A stretch of 32,000 nucleotides of DNA from Alkalilimnicola ehrlichii MLHE-1 (GTDB lineage: Bacteria > Pseudomonadota > Gammaproteobacteria > Nitrococcales > Halorhodospiraceae): contig NC_008340.1 in the NCBI RefSeq assembly GCF_000014785.1, positions 240,001 to 272,000 on the forward strand, read 5' to 3'. How positions within the stretch are numbered: the first letter of the stretch is position 1; each line of letters begins with the position of its first letter. Both the position numbers and the translations under genes were made by a program. Shown here piece after piece: positions 15,604 through 25,328 of this stretch. The notes under the pieces were generated by a model. That model saw only the letters and a list, made by a program, of their open reading frames with translations, searched no databases and had not been told where the DNA came from.

Positions 15604-16749
15604 GTGACTCGCAACAACCCCCTAAGAGAGCTGATCGAATTGGGCCAAAGCCCCTGGTTCGACAATATTCATCGCCGCATGCTGGAACAGGGCGAGCTCC
15701 AGCGCCTGGTGGAGGAGGACGGCCTGCGCGGGGTGACATCCAACCCCACCATCTTCCAGAAGGCGATCGGTGGTAGTGACGCTTACGACGCCGCCATCGC
15801 CGACGCCCTGGCCGCCGCGCCGGAGCTGGATGCTGAGGGGTTATTCATGCACCTGGCCCTGGCCGATATCCGTGCCGCCGCCGACGTGCTGCGCCCGGTC
15901 TGGGAGCAGACCGACGGTGCCGACGGTTTCGTCAGCATGGAGGTCTCGCCGGAACTGGCCTGGGACACTGACCGCACCATTGCCCAGGCCCGAGAGCTTT
16001 TCGCCCGCGTCGACCGGCCCAATGTGATGATCAAGGTGCCGGCCACCCGCGAGGGCCTACCGGCCATTGAGGCGCTGATCGCCGATGGGATCAGCGTCAA
16101 CGTCACCCTGCTGTTTTCCGTGCAACGCTACACCGAGGTGGTCGAGTCCTGGTTGGAGGGCCTGCGGCGCCGGCGCGAGGCCGGGCTGCCGGTGAATGAT
16201 GTGCAGTCGGTGGCCAGCTTTTTCGTCAGCCGGGTGGACAACAAGGCGGACCCCATCCTGCAGGCCGCCGGGGACGCCGGGGCCCGCGAGCTGCTGGGCA
16301 GTGCCGCGATCGCCAACGCCCGCGCTGCCTATGCCCATATGCAGCGGTGGTTGAGTGGCCCGCGCTGGCCAGAGCTGGCCGCCGTGGGCGCCCGCCCGCA
16401 ACGCCTGCTGTGGGCGAGCACCGGCACCAAGAACCCGGACTACTCCGACGTCCTCTACGTGGACCGGCTCGTCGGGCGGAACACGGTCACCACCCTGCCG
16501 CCGGCCACCTGGGAGGCCTTCCGTGACCACGGCGCCGCCCGGCCGGTGCTGGAGGACGGCGACGACGGTGCCGCCACCCTGGCTGCCCTGGCCCGCCACG
16601 GCGTGCAAATGGACACCATTACCGCCGAGTTGGAGCGCGAGGGGGTGCAGGCCTTCGTGGATTCCTACCGCGACCTGCTGGGCACGCTGCAGCGCAAGGC
16701 GGCCCAACTGGGGGCCACACCGGCCCGCGGCAACGCGGAGGGTGCATGA
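15604..16749 (+). CDS. tal: Transaldolase
   Basis: GTG start at 15604; VTRNNPLRELIELGQSPWFDNIHR...GVTSNPTIFQKAI...PNVMIKVPATREGLPAIEAL...NVTLLFS...VASFFVSRVD...WASTGTKNPDYSDVLYV. Confidence 0.95.
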   Translation: MTRNNPLRELIELGQSPWFDNIHRRMLEQGELQRLVEEDGLRGVTSNPTIFQKAIGGSDAYDAAIADALAAAPELDAEGLFMHLALADIRAAADVLRPVWEQTDGADGFVSMEVSPELAWDTDRTIAQARELFARVDRPNVMIKVPATREGLPAIEALIADGISVNVTLLFSVQRYTEVVESWLEGLRRRREAGLPVNDVQSVASFFVSRVDNKADPILQAAGDAGARELLGSAAIANARAAYAHMQRWLSGPRWPELAAVGARPQRLLWASTGTKNPDYSDVLYVDRLVGRNTVTTLPPATWEAFRDHGAARPVLEDGDDGAATLAALARHGVQMDTITAELEREGVQAFVDSYRDLLGTLQRKAAQLGATPARGNAEGA

Positions 16750-17132
16750 GCGACGAGCAGGAGCGCTACTGCATCGAGGTGGACGTGGATCCGGCCTACG
16801 TGGCGGATCAGTCTGATCCGGCCGAGGACCGCTACGTCTTCTCCTATACCATCACCATCAAGAACCTGGGCGCGGTGACCGCCCAGGTGGTCAGCCGCCA
16901 CTGGGTGATCACCGACGGCAGCGGTCACGAGCGCGAGGTGCGTGGCGAGGGTGTGGTCGGCGAGCAGCCCCGCATCAAGCCCGGCGAGGGCTTTCGCTAC
17001 ACCAGCGGGGCCATCCTGGAGACGCCGGTGGGCAGCATGCACGGCAGCTACCACCTGGTGGCCGAAGACGGCACGGTCTTCAACGCCGATATTCCCGCCT
17101 TTACCCTGGCTGTGCCGCACACGCTGCATTAA
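16746..17132 (+). CDS. apaG: ApaG family protein
   Basis: 128 aa; [31 protein letters not shown]...[33 protein letters not shown]. Confidence 0.95.
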   Translation: MSDEQERYCIEVDVDPAYVADQSDPAEDRYVFSYTITIKNLGAVTAQVVSRHWVITDGSGHEREVRGEGVVGEQPRIKPGEGFRYTSGAILETPVGSMHGSYHLVAEDGTVFNADIPAFTLAVPHTLH

Positions 17133-17179
17133 TCTGCCCACTCGGCGCGAACCCCAACACCAGCATCGGGAGTTGTACG

Positions 17180-18019
17180 TTGGCTGTCTACGCGATCGGC
17201 GATCTGCAGGGCTGTCTGTCTCCGCTGGAGGCGCTGCTGGAGCAGCTGCGCTTCGATCCCGCCCGGGACCGCATCTGGTTCGTGGGCGATCTGGTCAACC
17301 GGGGCCCCGATTCGGTACGGGTGTTGCGCTACGTGCGTGCCCTGGGCGAGGCCGCCGTCACCACCCTCGGCAACCACGACCTGCACCTGCTGGCGGTGTG
17401 GGCGGGCACGGCCCGGGCCAAGCGCAAGGACACCGTCCACCAGGTGCTGGATGCCCCCGATGGCGAGGAGCTTCTGCACTGGCTGCGCTTTCAGCACCTG
17501 ACCTGGCGCGACGACGATCTGGGTTACTTCATGGTTCATGCCGGGGTGCCGCCGGTGTGGAGCCTGGATGAGGCCGAGACCCGCGGCCGCGAGCTGGAGG
17601 CGGTGCTGCGCAGTGAGGACTACCTGGCCTTTTTCGAGAACATGTACGGCAACCAGCCCGACCGCTGGGATGAGGGGCTGACCGGTTGGGACCGGCTGCG
17701 CTATATCTGCAATGCCTTCACCCGCATGCGCTATGTGGACGCCGACGGCCGCCTGGACCTGCGTTGCAACAGCGCGCCGGGTAGCCAGCCGGATGGCCTC
17801 TACCCCTGGTACGAGGTGCGCGAACGCCTGCGCCCGGAGCCGGACCCGCTCACCATCGTCAGCGGCCACTGGTCCACCCTCGGGCTTTGCCAGCGCGGCG
17901 GCAATGTGGCCATCGACACCGGCTGCCTCTGGGGCGGCTCCCTTACCGCCCTGCGCCTGGACAGCGACGAGCGCGAGATCATCAGCCGCCCCTGCCCGGC
18001 CTTCCTGGAGCCGAAGTAG
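17180..18019 (+). CDS. apaH: Symmetrical bis(5'-nucleosyl)-tetraphosphatase
   Basis: 279 aa; [50 protein letters not shown]; adjacent to apaG; TTG start. Confidence 0.95.
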
Positions 18020-18037
18020 CGCGCGCCGCCCCGCGGG

Positions 18038-18598
18038 TCACGCATGGAGAGCGGCGCGCAGGCGGGCCCAATCAAAGGCCGGGCCCGGGTCGGTCTTGCG
18101 CCCCGGTGCCACATCGCTGTGGCCCACCACCCGCTCCGGCGTGATCCCCGGAAAGGCCGCCATCAGTGTTCGGCACAGGGGGCCGAGCACCTGGTACTGG
18201 GCCTCGGTGTAGGGCGTCTCGTCCGTGCCCTCCAGCTCGATCCCGATGGCGAAGTCGTTGCAGCGCTCGCGACCGGCGAGGCGGGACTGGCCGGCGTGCC
18301 AAGCCCGCCGGTGCAACGGCACATACTGCGTCAGCGCGCCGTCCCTCCGGATCAGCAGGTGGCAGGAGACCCGCAGCCGGTGCACCCGGGCGAAGTAGGG
18401 GTGGGCATCGGCCGGCAGCCGGTTGGTGAACAGCCGGTCGATCCAGGGACCGCCGAACGCCCCCGGCGGCAGGCTGATGCCGTGAATGATCAGCGCGTCC
18501 ACCGCTACCCCCGCCGGGCGGGCATCCTGGTTGGGCGAGGGGTGCTGGTGGGCCGGCCGGATCAGGCCGCTGGCCGGGTCGTACCGGAACGTGGGCAT
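18038..18598 (-). CDS. ampD: 1,6-anhydro-N-acetylmuramyl-L-alanine amidase
   Basis: ATG at 18598; SPNQDARPAGVAVDALIIHGISLPPG...VSCHLLIRRDGALTQYVPLHRRAWHAGQS...NDFAIGIELEGTDETPYTEAQY...VVGHSDVAPGRKTDPGPAFDW. Confidence 0.95.
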   Translation of the reverse strand: MPTFRYDPASGLIRPAHQHPSPNQDARPAGVAVDALIIHGISLPPGAFGGPWIDRLFTNRLPADAHPYFARVHRLRVSCHLLIRRDGALTQYVPLHRRAWHAGQSRLAGRERCNDFAIGIELEGTDETPYTEAQYQVLGPLCRTLMAAFPGITPERVVGHSDVAPGRKTDPGPAFDWARLRAALHA

Positions 18599-18661
18599 GG
18601 GGCGCGGGCTCCTGGGTTGGTAGACTGAATACTTGTATCCGATGGCCGTGGAGGTGAACTG

Positions 18662-20755
18662 ATGGCTGCAGTCGGCAACCGCCTGGGTGATGCCACCAGC
18701 CCCTACCTGCTCCAGCACGCCGATAACCCGGTGCACTGGCAGCCCTGGGACGATCGGGCGCTCGCCCTGGCGCGGGAGCAGGGCAAGCCTATTCTACTGT
18801 CCATCGGCTACTCCGCGTGCCACTGGTGCCATGTGATGGCCCACGAGTCGTTCGAGGATCCGGCGATCGCCCGCCTGATGAACGAGCGGTTCATCAATAT
18901 CAAGGTGGACCGCGAGGAGCGCCCGGACCTGGACCGCATCTATCAGACGGCCCATCAACTGCTCACCCGCCGGCCCGGGGGCTGGCCGTTGACCCTGGTG
19001 CTGACCCCCGACGACCAGACGCCGGTGTTCGCGGGTACCTATTTCCCGCCTGACACCCGCGGCGGCATGCCGGGCTTTGCCGATGTGCTGCGCCAGGTGG
19101 ACGAGGCCATTCGCAGCCAGCCACAGGCGGTGGCCGACCAGAACCGAGCATTGCGCCATGCCCTTGGCCGGTTGGCCCACGCCCCCGCCGATGGCGGCGA
19201 CGCGGCGTTGGGCAATGCCCCCCTGAGGGCGGCCCGCGATGCCCTCGCCGACAGTTTCGACCGGGTCCACGGCGGTTTCGGGGCCGCGCCCAAGTTTCCC
19301 CATCCGGGCGGTATCGAACGGCTCCTGCGCCACTATGCACTCACCCTGGTCACCGGTGATGGGCCGGACCGGGATGCTCTGCACATGGCCTGCCACACGC
19401 TGCGCCGGATGGCCCTGGGGGGGATCTACGACCAGGTGGGCGGCGGTTTCGCCCGCTACTCGGTGGACGAGTACTGGATGATCCCCCACTTCGAGAAGAT
19501 GCTCTGCGACAACGCCCTTCTGCTCGGCCTCTACGCCGACGCCTGGCATGCCACCGGGGATGGGCTCTACGCCCGGGTGGTCCAGGAGACGGCCGAGTGG
19601 GTGCGGGCCGAGATGGAGCGCCCGGAGGGCGGCTACTGCACCAGCCTGGATGCCGACTCCGAGGGTGGGGAGGGTCGCTACTACCTCTGGACCCCGGACG
19701 AGGTTCGCGAGCTCCTCGACGAGGACGAATGGCGGCTGGTGGAACACCGCTTCGGCCTGGACGAGCCCGCCAACTTCGAGGGTCGCTGGCACCTGCATGT
19801 GCAGGCCAGCTTCTCCGAGTCGGCGCGGCGCCTGGGTCGCCCGCGCGAGCAGGTGGTGGCCCTCTGGCAGAGCGCCCGCCAGAAACTGCAGCGGGCGCGG
19901 GGCCAACGGGTGCGCCCCGGCCGTGACGACAAGGTGTTAACCGCCTGGAACGGGTTGATGATCGCGGCGTTGGCTCGCGCCGGCCGTCTGCTGGACGAGC
20001 CGGCCTGGACCGCCTCGGCACTGCGTGCGCTGGGCTTTCTGCGAGAACGGCTGGCGGACGACCAGGGTCGCCTGTACGCGAGCTGGCGGGCGGGCCGGGC
20101 CGCCCATCAGGCCTGTCTGGAGGACTACGCTTACCTGCTGGAGGGGGTGCTGGAGTGCCTGCAGAGCGAGTGGTCCGACGACCGGCTTGGCTTCGCCCTG
20201 CACCTGGCGGACACGCTGCTCGAGCGCTTTCAGGACAAGGACGAGGGCGGGTTCTGGATGACCGCCGACGACCATGAGCCGTTGATTCATCGCCCCCGTC
20301 CGCTGGCCGACGACAGCCTGCCCTCGGGCAACGCCGTGGCCTTGCGTGCCCTGCAGCGTCTCGGCCATCTGCTGGGCGAGCCGCGCTATCTGGAGGCGGT
20401 GGCGCGGGGGCTTCGGGCCGCCGCCGGCGCTATCGCCCGCATGCCCGAGGCCCATGCCAGTCTGCTCACGGCCCTGGAGGAGTATCTCTACCCGCCGGAG
20501 ATCGTGGTGATCCGCGGCGCACCGGAGGTCACGGGCCCCTGGCGCACCCGGGCCCTGAAATACTACACGCCCAATCGCCTGGTCTTTGCCCTGCCGGCGG
20601 ACGCCGCGCCTCCGGGGGTGCTGTCCGGACGGCAGACCGAAGGGGCGGCGCCCGCGGCCTGGGTGTGCAGTGGAAAGACCTGCCGCGCCCCGGTGCGGAG
20701 CCTGGACGAACTGGAGCGGGTTCTGGCACACCCGGATTTCCGTTCCATGGATTGA
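18662..20755 (+). CDS. Thioredoxin domain-containing protein, DUF255/YyaL (SSP411-like) family
   Basis: 697 aa; [53 protein letters not shown]. Confidence 0.93.
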   Translation: MAAVGNRLGDATSPYLLQHADNPVHWQPWDDRALALAREQGKPILLSIGYSACHWCHVMAHESFEDPAIARLMNERFINIKVDREERPDLDRIYQTAHQLLTRRPGGWPLTLVLTPDDQTPVFAGTYFPPDTRGGMPGFADVLRQVDEAIRSQPQAVADQNRALRHALGRLAHAPADGGDAALGNAPLRAARDALADSFDRVHGGFGAAPKFPHPGGIERLLRHYALTLVTGDGPDRDALHMACHTLRRMALGGIYDQVGGGFARYSVDEYWMIPHFEKMLCDNALLLGLYADAWHATGDGLYARVVQETAEWVRAEMERPEGGYCTSLDADSEGGEGRYYLWTPDEVRELLDEDEWRLVEHRFGLDEPANFEGRWHLHVQASFSESARRLGRPREQVVALWQSARQKLQRARGQRVRPGRDDKVLTAWNGLMIAALARAGRLLDEPAWTASALRALGFLRERLADDQGRLYASWRAGRAAHQACLEDYAYLLEGVLECLQSEWSDDRLGFALHLADTLLERFQDKDEGGFWMTADDHEPLIHRPRPLADDSLPSGNAVALRALQRLGHLLGEPRYLEAVARGLRAAAGAIARMPEAHASLLTALEEYLYPPEIVVIRGAPEVTGPWRTRALKYYTPNRLVFALPADAAPPGVLSGRQTEGAAPAAWVCSGKTCRAPVRSLDELERVLAHPDFRSMD

Positions 20756-20841
20756 TTCGTATATCATTGTTATAGAATATGAGTTTGTCGGCGCGCCCCG
20801 GCCGCCCGGCACCAGCCTTGCCAGTGGGAGTGACAGACACC

Positions 20842-21330
20842 ATGCGGTTGACCGTCTATAGCGATTACGCATTCCGGGTGCTCGTCTACCTGGGCACGCG
20901 GCCGGGTGAGCGGGCCACCATTCGCGGTATCGCCGATTGCTACGGCATCTCCCGCAACCACCTGACCAAGGTGGTGCACCAACTGGGCAGCCAGGGCTAC
21001 ATCGAAACGGTGCGCGGCAAGGGGGGCGGGCTGCGCCTGACCCGGGACCCGGAGGGCATCGGCGTGGGCGAGGTGCTGCGCGACACCGAGGAGGGTTTCG
21101 GCCTGGTCGAATGCATGCGCCCGAGCGGGCGCGGGATGTGCCGCATCGAGGGGGGCTGCCGTTTGCGCGGCGTGCTGGGTGAGGCGACCCGCGCCTTCCT
21201 GGCGGTCCTGGACCGCTACACCCTGGCCGATCTCCTGGAAAACCGGGACGAGCTGGCGCAATTGCTCGCCGGGCCGGTGCCCGCCCCCGACGAGTCCTCA
21301 GAGCCTTCCGAGCCGTCAGCCTCGGCGTAG
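20842..21330 (+). CDS. nsrR: Rrf2-family regulator, NsrR-like nitric-oxide-sensing repressor
   Basis: ATG at 20842: MRLTVYSDYAFRVLVYLGTRPGERATIRGIADCYGISRNHLTKVVHQLG; three C-terminal cysteines ECMRPSGRGMCRIEGGCRL; convergent with nnrS. Confidence 0.85.
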   Translation: MRLTVYSDYAFRVLVYLGTRPGERATIRGIADCYGISRNHLTKVVHQLGSQGYIETVRGKGGGLRLTRDPEGIGVGEVLRDTEEGFGLVECMRPSGRGMCRIEGGCRLRGVLGEATRAFLAVLDRYTLADLLENRDELAQLLAGPVPAPDESSEPSEPSASA

Positions 21331-22488
21331 GTCGCCGGCCATCGGCTGGGCATCCGCCCGGGGCCGCAGGAGGATCGGCAGGAAGTGCACTAGATAGAGC
21401 GCAAACGCCACTGCCCACAAGACGGCTGAGGTGTGCAGTAGCGCGGAGCCGCCCCAGCCCAGGGCGGTGACCACCCGGGTGAGGGCAGCGGCGTTGACCA
21501 GCACAAAGGCGGCGGTCATCCCCGGCCCCACGGACAGCGGGCGGCCGGTGTGACCCAACGCCACCCTCGCGATCATCCCCAGCCCCAGGGCGCCCAAGGC
21601 GCCGGTCATCAGGGCGTGCACACCGGCGGTCGCCGGCACACCCAGGCCGAAGGCCGACGCCGCCAGCAGGGCGTAACCCACCGCCAGCCAGAGGTAGCCC
21701 AGGTGGAGTATCCAGAGCAGCGGCTCACCGCGTGTGGCCAGCGGCCGCCAGTCGGAGAGTCGCAGGACCAGGACGATGGCGGTCAGCGCCAGCACCAACC
21801 CGGTGACCGGGTTGTGGGGGATCAGCAGCCAAGCGAGGGTCGAGGCCAGGGCCAGCCCCGCCGCCGCCCAATGCAGCACCGGGCGCTGGACCACCTCCGC
21901 CTGCGGCAACCGCCGCCCGGTAAAGAAGGGGATCACCCGGCCACCCATCAGCACCATCAACAACGCCACCATCAACACGGCGGTGAGCAGTGCCGGGCGA
22001 CCCCAGCCGAGTGCGATGCCAAGCAGATCCAGGTGGATCAGGCCGTTGAGCAGGGCCAGGGCCAGCAGGATGGGTAGGAACAGCAGGTTACGGCGATTGC
22101 CGGTGAGCAGCAGTGGCCGGGCCAGGGCCACGGCGACCAGCGGCAGAAAGGCCACGTCCAATGCCGCCAGCGCCACCGGTGGGAACCATGGCGGGTGGGT
22201 AAAGCCCAGCCGCGCCAGGGCCCAGAGCAGCACCAGGCCAAGCAGCGCCCAAGGGCCCACGGCACGGATGCCGGTCCAGTTCTGTACCGCGGTCAGCAGG
22301 AAGCCGGCGATTATCGCAGCGGCGAAGCCGAAGACCATCTCGTGACCGTGCCAGATCAGGGGGTTGAGCCCGACCGGGCCGGGGGTGCCACTGCCGGCCA
22401 GCCAGACCACCCACTGTAACACCGAGAAGGCCCCAAACAGGGCGGCCAGCAGGAAGAAGGGACGGTAGGGCTGTGACAGCAGGGGCAT
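21316..22488 (-). CDS. nnrS: NnrS family heme/copper membrane protein
   Basis: 390 aa polytopic; FRPFFLLAALFG-like start (YRPFFLLAALFGAFSVLQWV), NPLIWHGHEMVFGFAAAIIAGFLLTAVQNWTG, HALMTGALGALGLGMIARVALGHTGRPL. Confidence 0.94.
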   Translation of the reverse strand: MPLLSQPYRPFFLLAALFGAFSVLQWVVWLAGSGTPGPVGLNPLIWHGHEMVFGFAAAIIAGFLLTAVQNWTGIRAVGPWALLGLVLLWALARLGFTHPPWFPPVALAALDVAFLPLVAVALARPLLLTGNRRNLLFLPILLALALLNGLIHLDLLGIALGWGRPALLTAVLMVALLMVLMGGRVIPFFTGRRLPQAEVVQRPVLHWAAAGLALASTLAWLLIPHNPVTGLVLALTAIVLVLRLSDWRPLATRGEPLLWILHLGYLWLAVGYALLAASAFGLGVPATAGVHALMTGALGALGLGMIARVALGHTGRPLSVGPGMTAAFVLVNAAALTRVVTALGWGGSALLHTSAVLWAVAFALYLVHFLPILLRPRADAQPMAGDLRRG

Positions 22489-22503
22489 GGCGCGGGCCTC
22501 GGT

Positions 22504-22526
22504 AAGATGCGTACAATGCGCATGTT
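22504..22526. promoter_or_regulatory. NsrR-like 23 bp operator upstream of nnrS
   Basis: AAGATGCGTACAATGCGCATGTT: imperfect 11-1-11 palindrome resembling the known NsrR consensus (AAGATGCATTT-like half-sites), 15 bp from nnrS ATG. Confidence 0.7.
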
Positions 22527-22797
22527 AATGTCGGAGGCGCTGCTTGTCACCCTCCCTTGGCGGATAGCGGCGGTGGTCAGGAGGCGGCGCTGTCAACGAG
22601 GGGGAACGTCCCGGCCCTGGATTTGTCATAATGGGCGGATAACATAACGATTAATCCAAGCACTGGGCTCGGGTGTGTGCCGCCCGCCTCCCGTTTCAGC
22701 GATCTGAGACGATTTGTCGCGGGATGTAAGCCTGCAGCACTCAACACCCTGTGCTAGTAAAAGCAATAAACCCCACATAAATGTGCGCGGAGTACCC

Positions 22798-23793
22798 ATG
22801 TCTGTCCCCTGCAATCTGATTACCGGCGCCCTGGGTGTCGGCAAGTCCACGGCCATACGCCACCTGCTCAAGCATCATCGCCCCAAAGGGGAGCGCTGGG
22901 CGGTGTTGGTCAACGAGGTCGGGGCCGTGCCCGTCGATCAAGCGGCCCTGTCGGTGGACGACAACGTGGTGGTGGCAGACCTGCCCGGCGGCTGCCTGTG
23001 CTGTACCCTGGGCGCGCCTTTTGATCGCACCCTCAAGCGACTGCTGCGCCGGGAGCGGCCCGACCGCCTGCTGATCGAGCCCACCGGTTTGGGCCATCCG
23101 GCCCGCATCCTGCAGACCCTGCGGGAGGGGCCCGTGGCGGCGTCGGTCCGGTTGGGTGCCACCATTACGCTGGTGGATCCGCGGCAATGGCGCAGTGGCG
23201 AATTGGCGGATAATCCGGCCTGGTGGGACCAGATCGAGCTCGCCGACGTCCTCGTGGCCAACAAGGCCGACCTCGCCCCCTCGGGCGATGTCGCCGCCTT
23301 CATGGGGTGGGCGGCGGACCTGTTCCCGCCCAAGGCGCGGGTGGAGATCACCCGCCACGGCCAGCTCAACCCGGAGTGGCTATCCGAACCCTGCGATTCC
23401 GGACGCTCGCCGCTGTTCCCCGATGCCCATCAGGTGGCCGCTGGGGACTATGTCCAGCAGGGTGCCGAGCCGGTGGATGAAGGGGTCTGGCGGGCCTGCG
23501 GCCGGTCACTGGGCCAACGCAGCGTCGGCTGGGTGTTCGCGGCAGCCACGGTGTTTGACCGTCAACGCCTGCTGCGCACGCTCAACGAACTGCGCCCGGC
23601 GCAGCGCCTGAAGGGCGTCTTTCGCACCGGACGGGACTGGCTGCTGGTGAATGCCGATCGGGACGGGGTGCGGGCCGAGGTCTGTGACTGGCGTCGCGAC
23701 AGTCGTCTGGAGGTCATCGGCCACGAGGATGCCCGGGCCCTGGAGGCGGCGCTGCTGGCCTGCCGGCGCCAACGGGAGAAAGACCCGGTCTGA
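22798..23793 (+). CDS. CobW/COG0523 family metal-chaperone GTPase
   Basis: ATG at 22798; Walker A GALGVGKST, GGCLCCTLG (CXCC), LLIEPTGLGHP, ANKADL. Confidence 0.93.
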   Translation: MSVPCNLITGALGVGKSTAIRHLLKHHRPKGERWAVLVNEVGAVPVDQAALSVDDNVVVADLPGGCLCCTLGAPFDRTLKRLLRRERPDRLLIEPTGLGHPARILQTLREGPVAASVRLGATITLVDPRQWRSGELADNPAWWDQIELADVLVANKADLAPSGDVAAFMGWAADLFPPKARVEITRHGQLNPEWLSEPCDSGRSPLFPDAHQVAAGDYVQQGAEPVDEGVWRACGRSLGQRSVGWVFAAATVFDRQRLLRTLNELRPAQRLKGVFRTGRDWLLVNADRDGVRAEVCDWRRDSRLEVIGHEDARALEAALLACRRQREKDPV

Positions 23794-23893
23794 AGCCCGG
23801 GGCACCACCCGCCGGGGCGTGGCTACCCCCAGGCGGGTGGATCGCCGCGGCGCCCCGCGCCGCGCGATGACGCTTCACCGGGCGGGCGTTGCC

Positions 23894-24193
23894 TCAGGCG
23901 CTGGCCTTGCTGTGAGTGCAGCTGCCCCCGCCACAACAGCCGCCCCCGCTCTCCTTCTTTTTGCCGCCGGACTCGGCGCCGCCCCCGCCGTCGGCCACAT
24001 TGCGTCGGTTACCGGACTTGAAGTCCGTCTCATACCAGCCGCTGCCCTTGAGCCGGAAGCCCGCCGCCGAGATCTTGCGTTGCAGCGCGGGTGCCCCGCA
24101 CTCGGGGCAGTCGGTGAGCGGCGCGTCGCTCATGGATTGAATGGCTTCCAGTTCATGCGCACACTGGTCGCATCGGTACTCGTAAATGGGCAT
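23894..24193 (-). CDS. FmdB-family zinc ribbon protein
   Basis: ATG at 24193: MPIYEYRCDQCAHELEAIQSMSDAPLTDCPECGAPALQRKISAAGFRLKGSGWYETDF...; GGGCCGGGSC tail. Confidence 0.93.
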   Translation of the reverse strand: MPIYEYRCDQCAHELEAIQSMSDAPLTDCPECGAPALQRKISAAGFRLKGSGWYETDFKSGNRRNVADGGGGAESGGKKKESGGGCCGGGSCTHSKASA

Positions 24194-24345
24194 GGATCGC
24201 TTCCTCCCCGCTGAGCCCAACCCACTGACAAATCCAGTTTACCGGCTGCATACCGCAGCCCTATCGATACCCAGGCATAGATGGGGGCGCCTGGCCCGGT
24301 TTCCAAGTCAAGGTTCCGGCGCACCCGAGGGCAGCGGACCAGCAT

Positions 24346-24383
24346 ACCCCCGCCGGCGCGGTGGTGCCAGCGCCGGCGGGGGT
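24346..24383. terminator. Strong hairpin downstream of the outer-membrane protein gene (possible terminator, no clear U-tract)
   Basis: 14 bp perfect stem ACCCCCGCCGGCGC / GCGCCGGCGGGGGT, 10 nt loop. Confidence 0.45.
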
Positions 24384-24418
24384 GGGTGATAGGGGGGGCG
24401 AGGCCTGGGGGTGAGGGG

Positions 24419-24967
24419 TCAGAAGCGCAGCTGGACGCCGGCCCCCACGTGATTGATGTCGGAGTCCAGGTGGGTCCACTCCACCAGGCCGTGCACCTGC
24501 CGGGTGAAGGCGTAGGTCAGGCCCAGGCCCCCGCTGACGTTGGTCTCATTGTCGCTGCGGGTCCGGCTCTCGGCCCCCCGGCGGCGGAATTCGCCGTCGA
24601 TATAGACCACGCCCAAGCGGGCACGCAGGCCGAGTTCGCGGGTTAACGGGGCCCGGTAGACACCGTAAACCGCGTAACTGGTGTAGTTGAAGCGAACCCG
24701 GTTCACGCCCGGGATGCCGGGGCTGGAGTTTTCCGAGTCGCTGAGGGTGGCCGTGATCTCGCCTTCGAAACCGAACCCCTGTCCCCGTTGTCCCAGGTTA
24801 TAGCCCAGGGTTGCGCCCAGGGCCCAGGTGTCGTCGAAGCCGCTGGCACCGATCAGGCTGCGGGCCACCTGTGCGTTGACATAAGGCCCCTCCTGCTGGG
24901 CGGCGGCCAATGCCGGGGTGGCCAGTAGGCAACCCGCGAGACAGAGTGTGGTGATTGGATGTTTCAT
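24419..24967 (-). CDS. Putative outer membrane beta-barrel protein (OmpA/OmpW-like small porin fold)
   Basis: 182 aa; signal peptide MKHPITTLCLAGCLLATPALAAAQQ, alternating beta strands, C-terminal GAGVQLRF ending in Phe. Confidence 0.75.
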   Translation of the reverse strand: MKHPITTLCLAGCLLATPALAAAQQEGPYVNAQVARSLIGASGFDDTWALGATLGYNLGQRGQGFGFEGEITATLSDSENSSPGIPGVNRVRFNYTSYAVYGVYRAPLTRELGLRARLGVVYIDGEFRRRGAESRTRSDNETNVSGGLGLTYAFTRQVHGLVEWTHLDSDINHVGAGVQLRF

Positions 24968-25121
24968 AGCGCCTTCTCCGGTTGCCGGATACTCCCTGCC
25001 CAGCATAGGTCACAGGGCGGTCGTATGCCCCGGTGCCGTTGCCTGCCCGCCATGGCGCTGGCCGGGAAATTTGGGCATAGTTAACCCCCCTTCTAATATT
25101 CCTGACTCTGAAAGACCGCTT

Positions 25122-25328
25122 ATGCACGCCGACGAGATACTCTCCACATATTTTTTGCCCGTGGGCCTGGGGTTTTTCATGGCCTATATGATGTTCATCA
25201 TCTGGAAGCTGGGTAAGGACTCCAAGGCTGGTAAATTCGGCATGATCGTGTTGTTCATTGTGCTCGGCTTTGGCATGTTCGGGTTTCTGGTCAAGACGAT
25301 CCTGGTCGAGGTGATGGGGATAGGATGA
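25122..25328 (+). CDS. Small membrane protein, DUF2788-like
   Basis: 68 aa MHADEILSTYFLPVGLGFFMAYMMFIIWKLGKDSKAGKFGMIVLFIVLGFGMFGFLVKTILVEVMGIG; ATGA overlap with next gene. Confidence 0.75.
   Translation: MHADEILSTYFLPVGLGFFMAYMMFIIWKLGKDSKAGKFGMIVLFIVLGFGMFGFLVKTILVEVMGIG

Noticed and set aside
20751-20800. AT-rich TATATCATTGTTATAGAATAT upstream of nsrR-like gene as an autoregulatory operator
   Set aside because: Symmetry is weak and does not match the NsrR-type consensus seen at 22504-22526.
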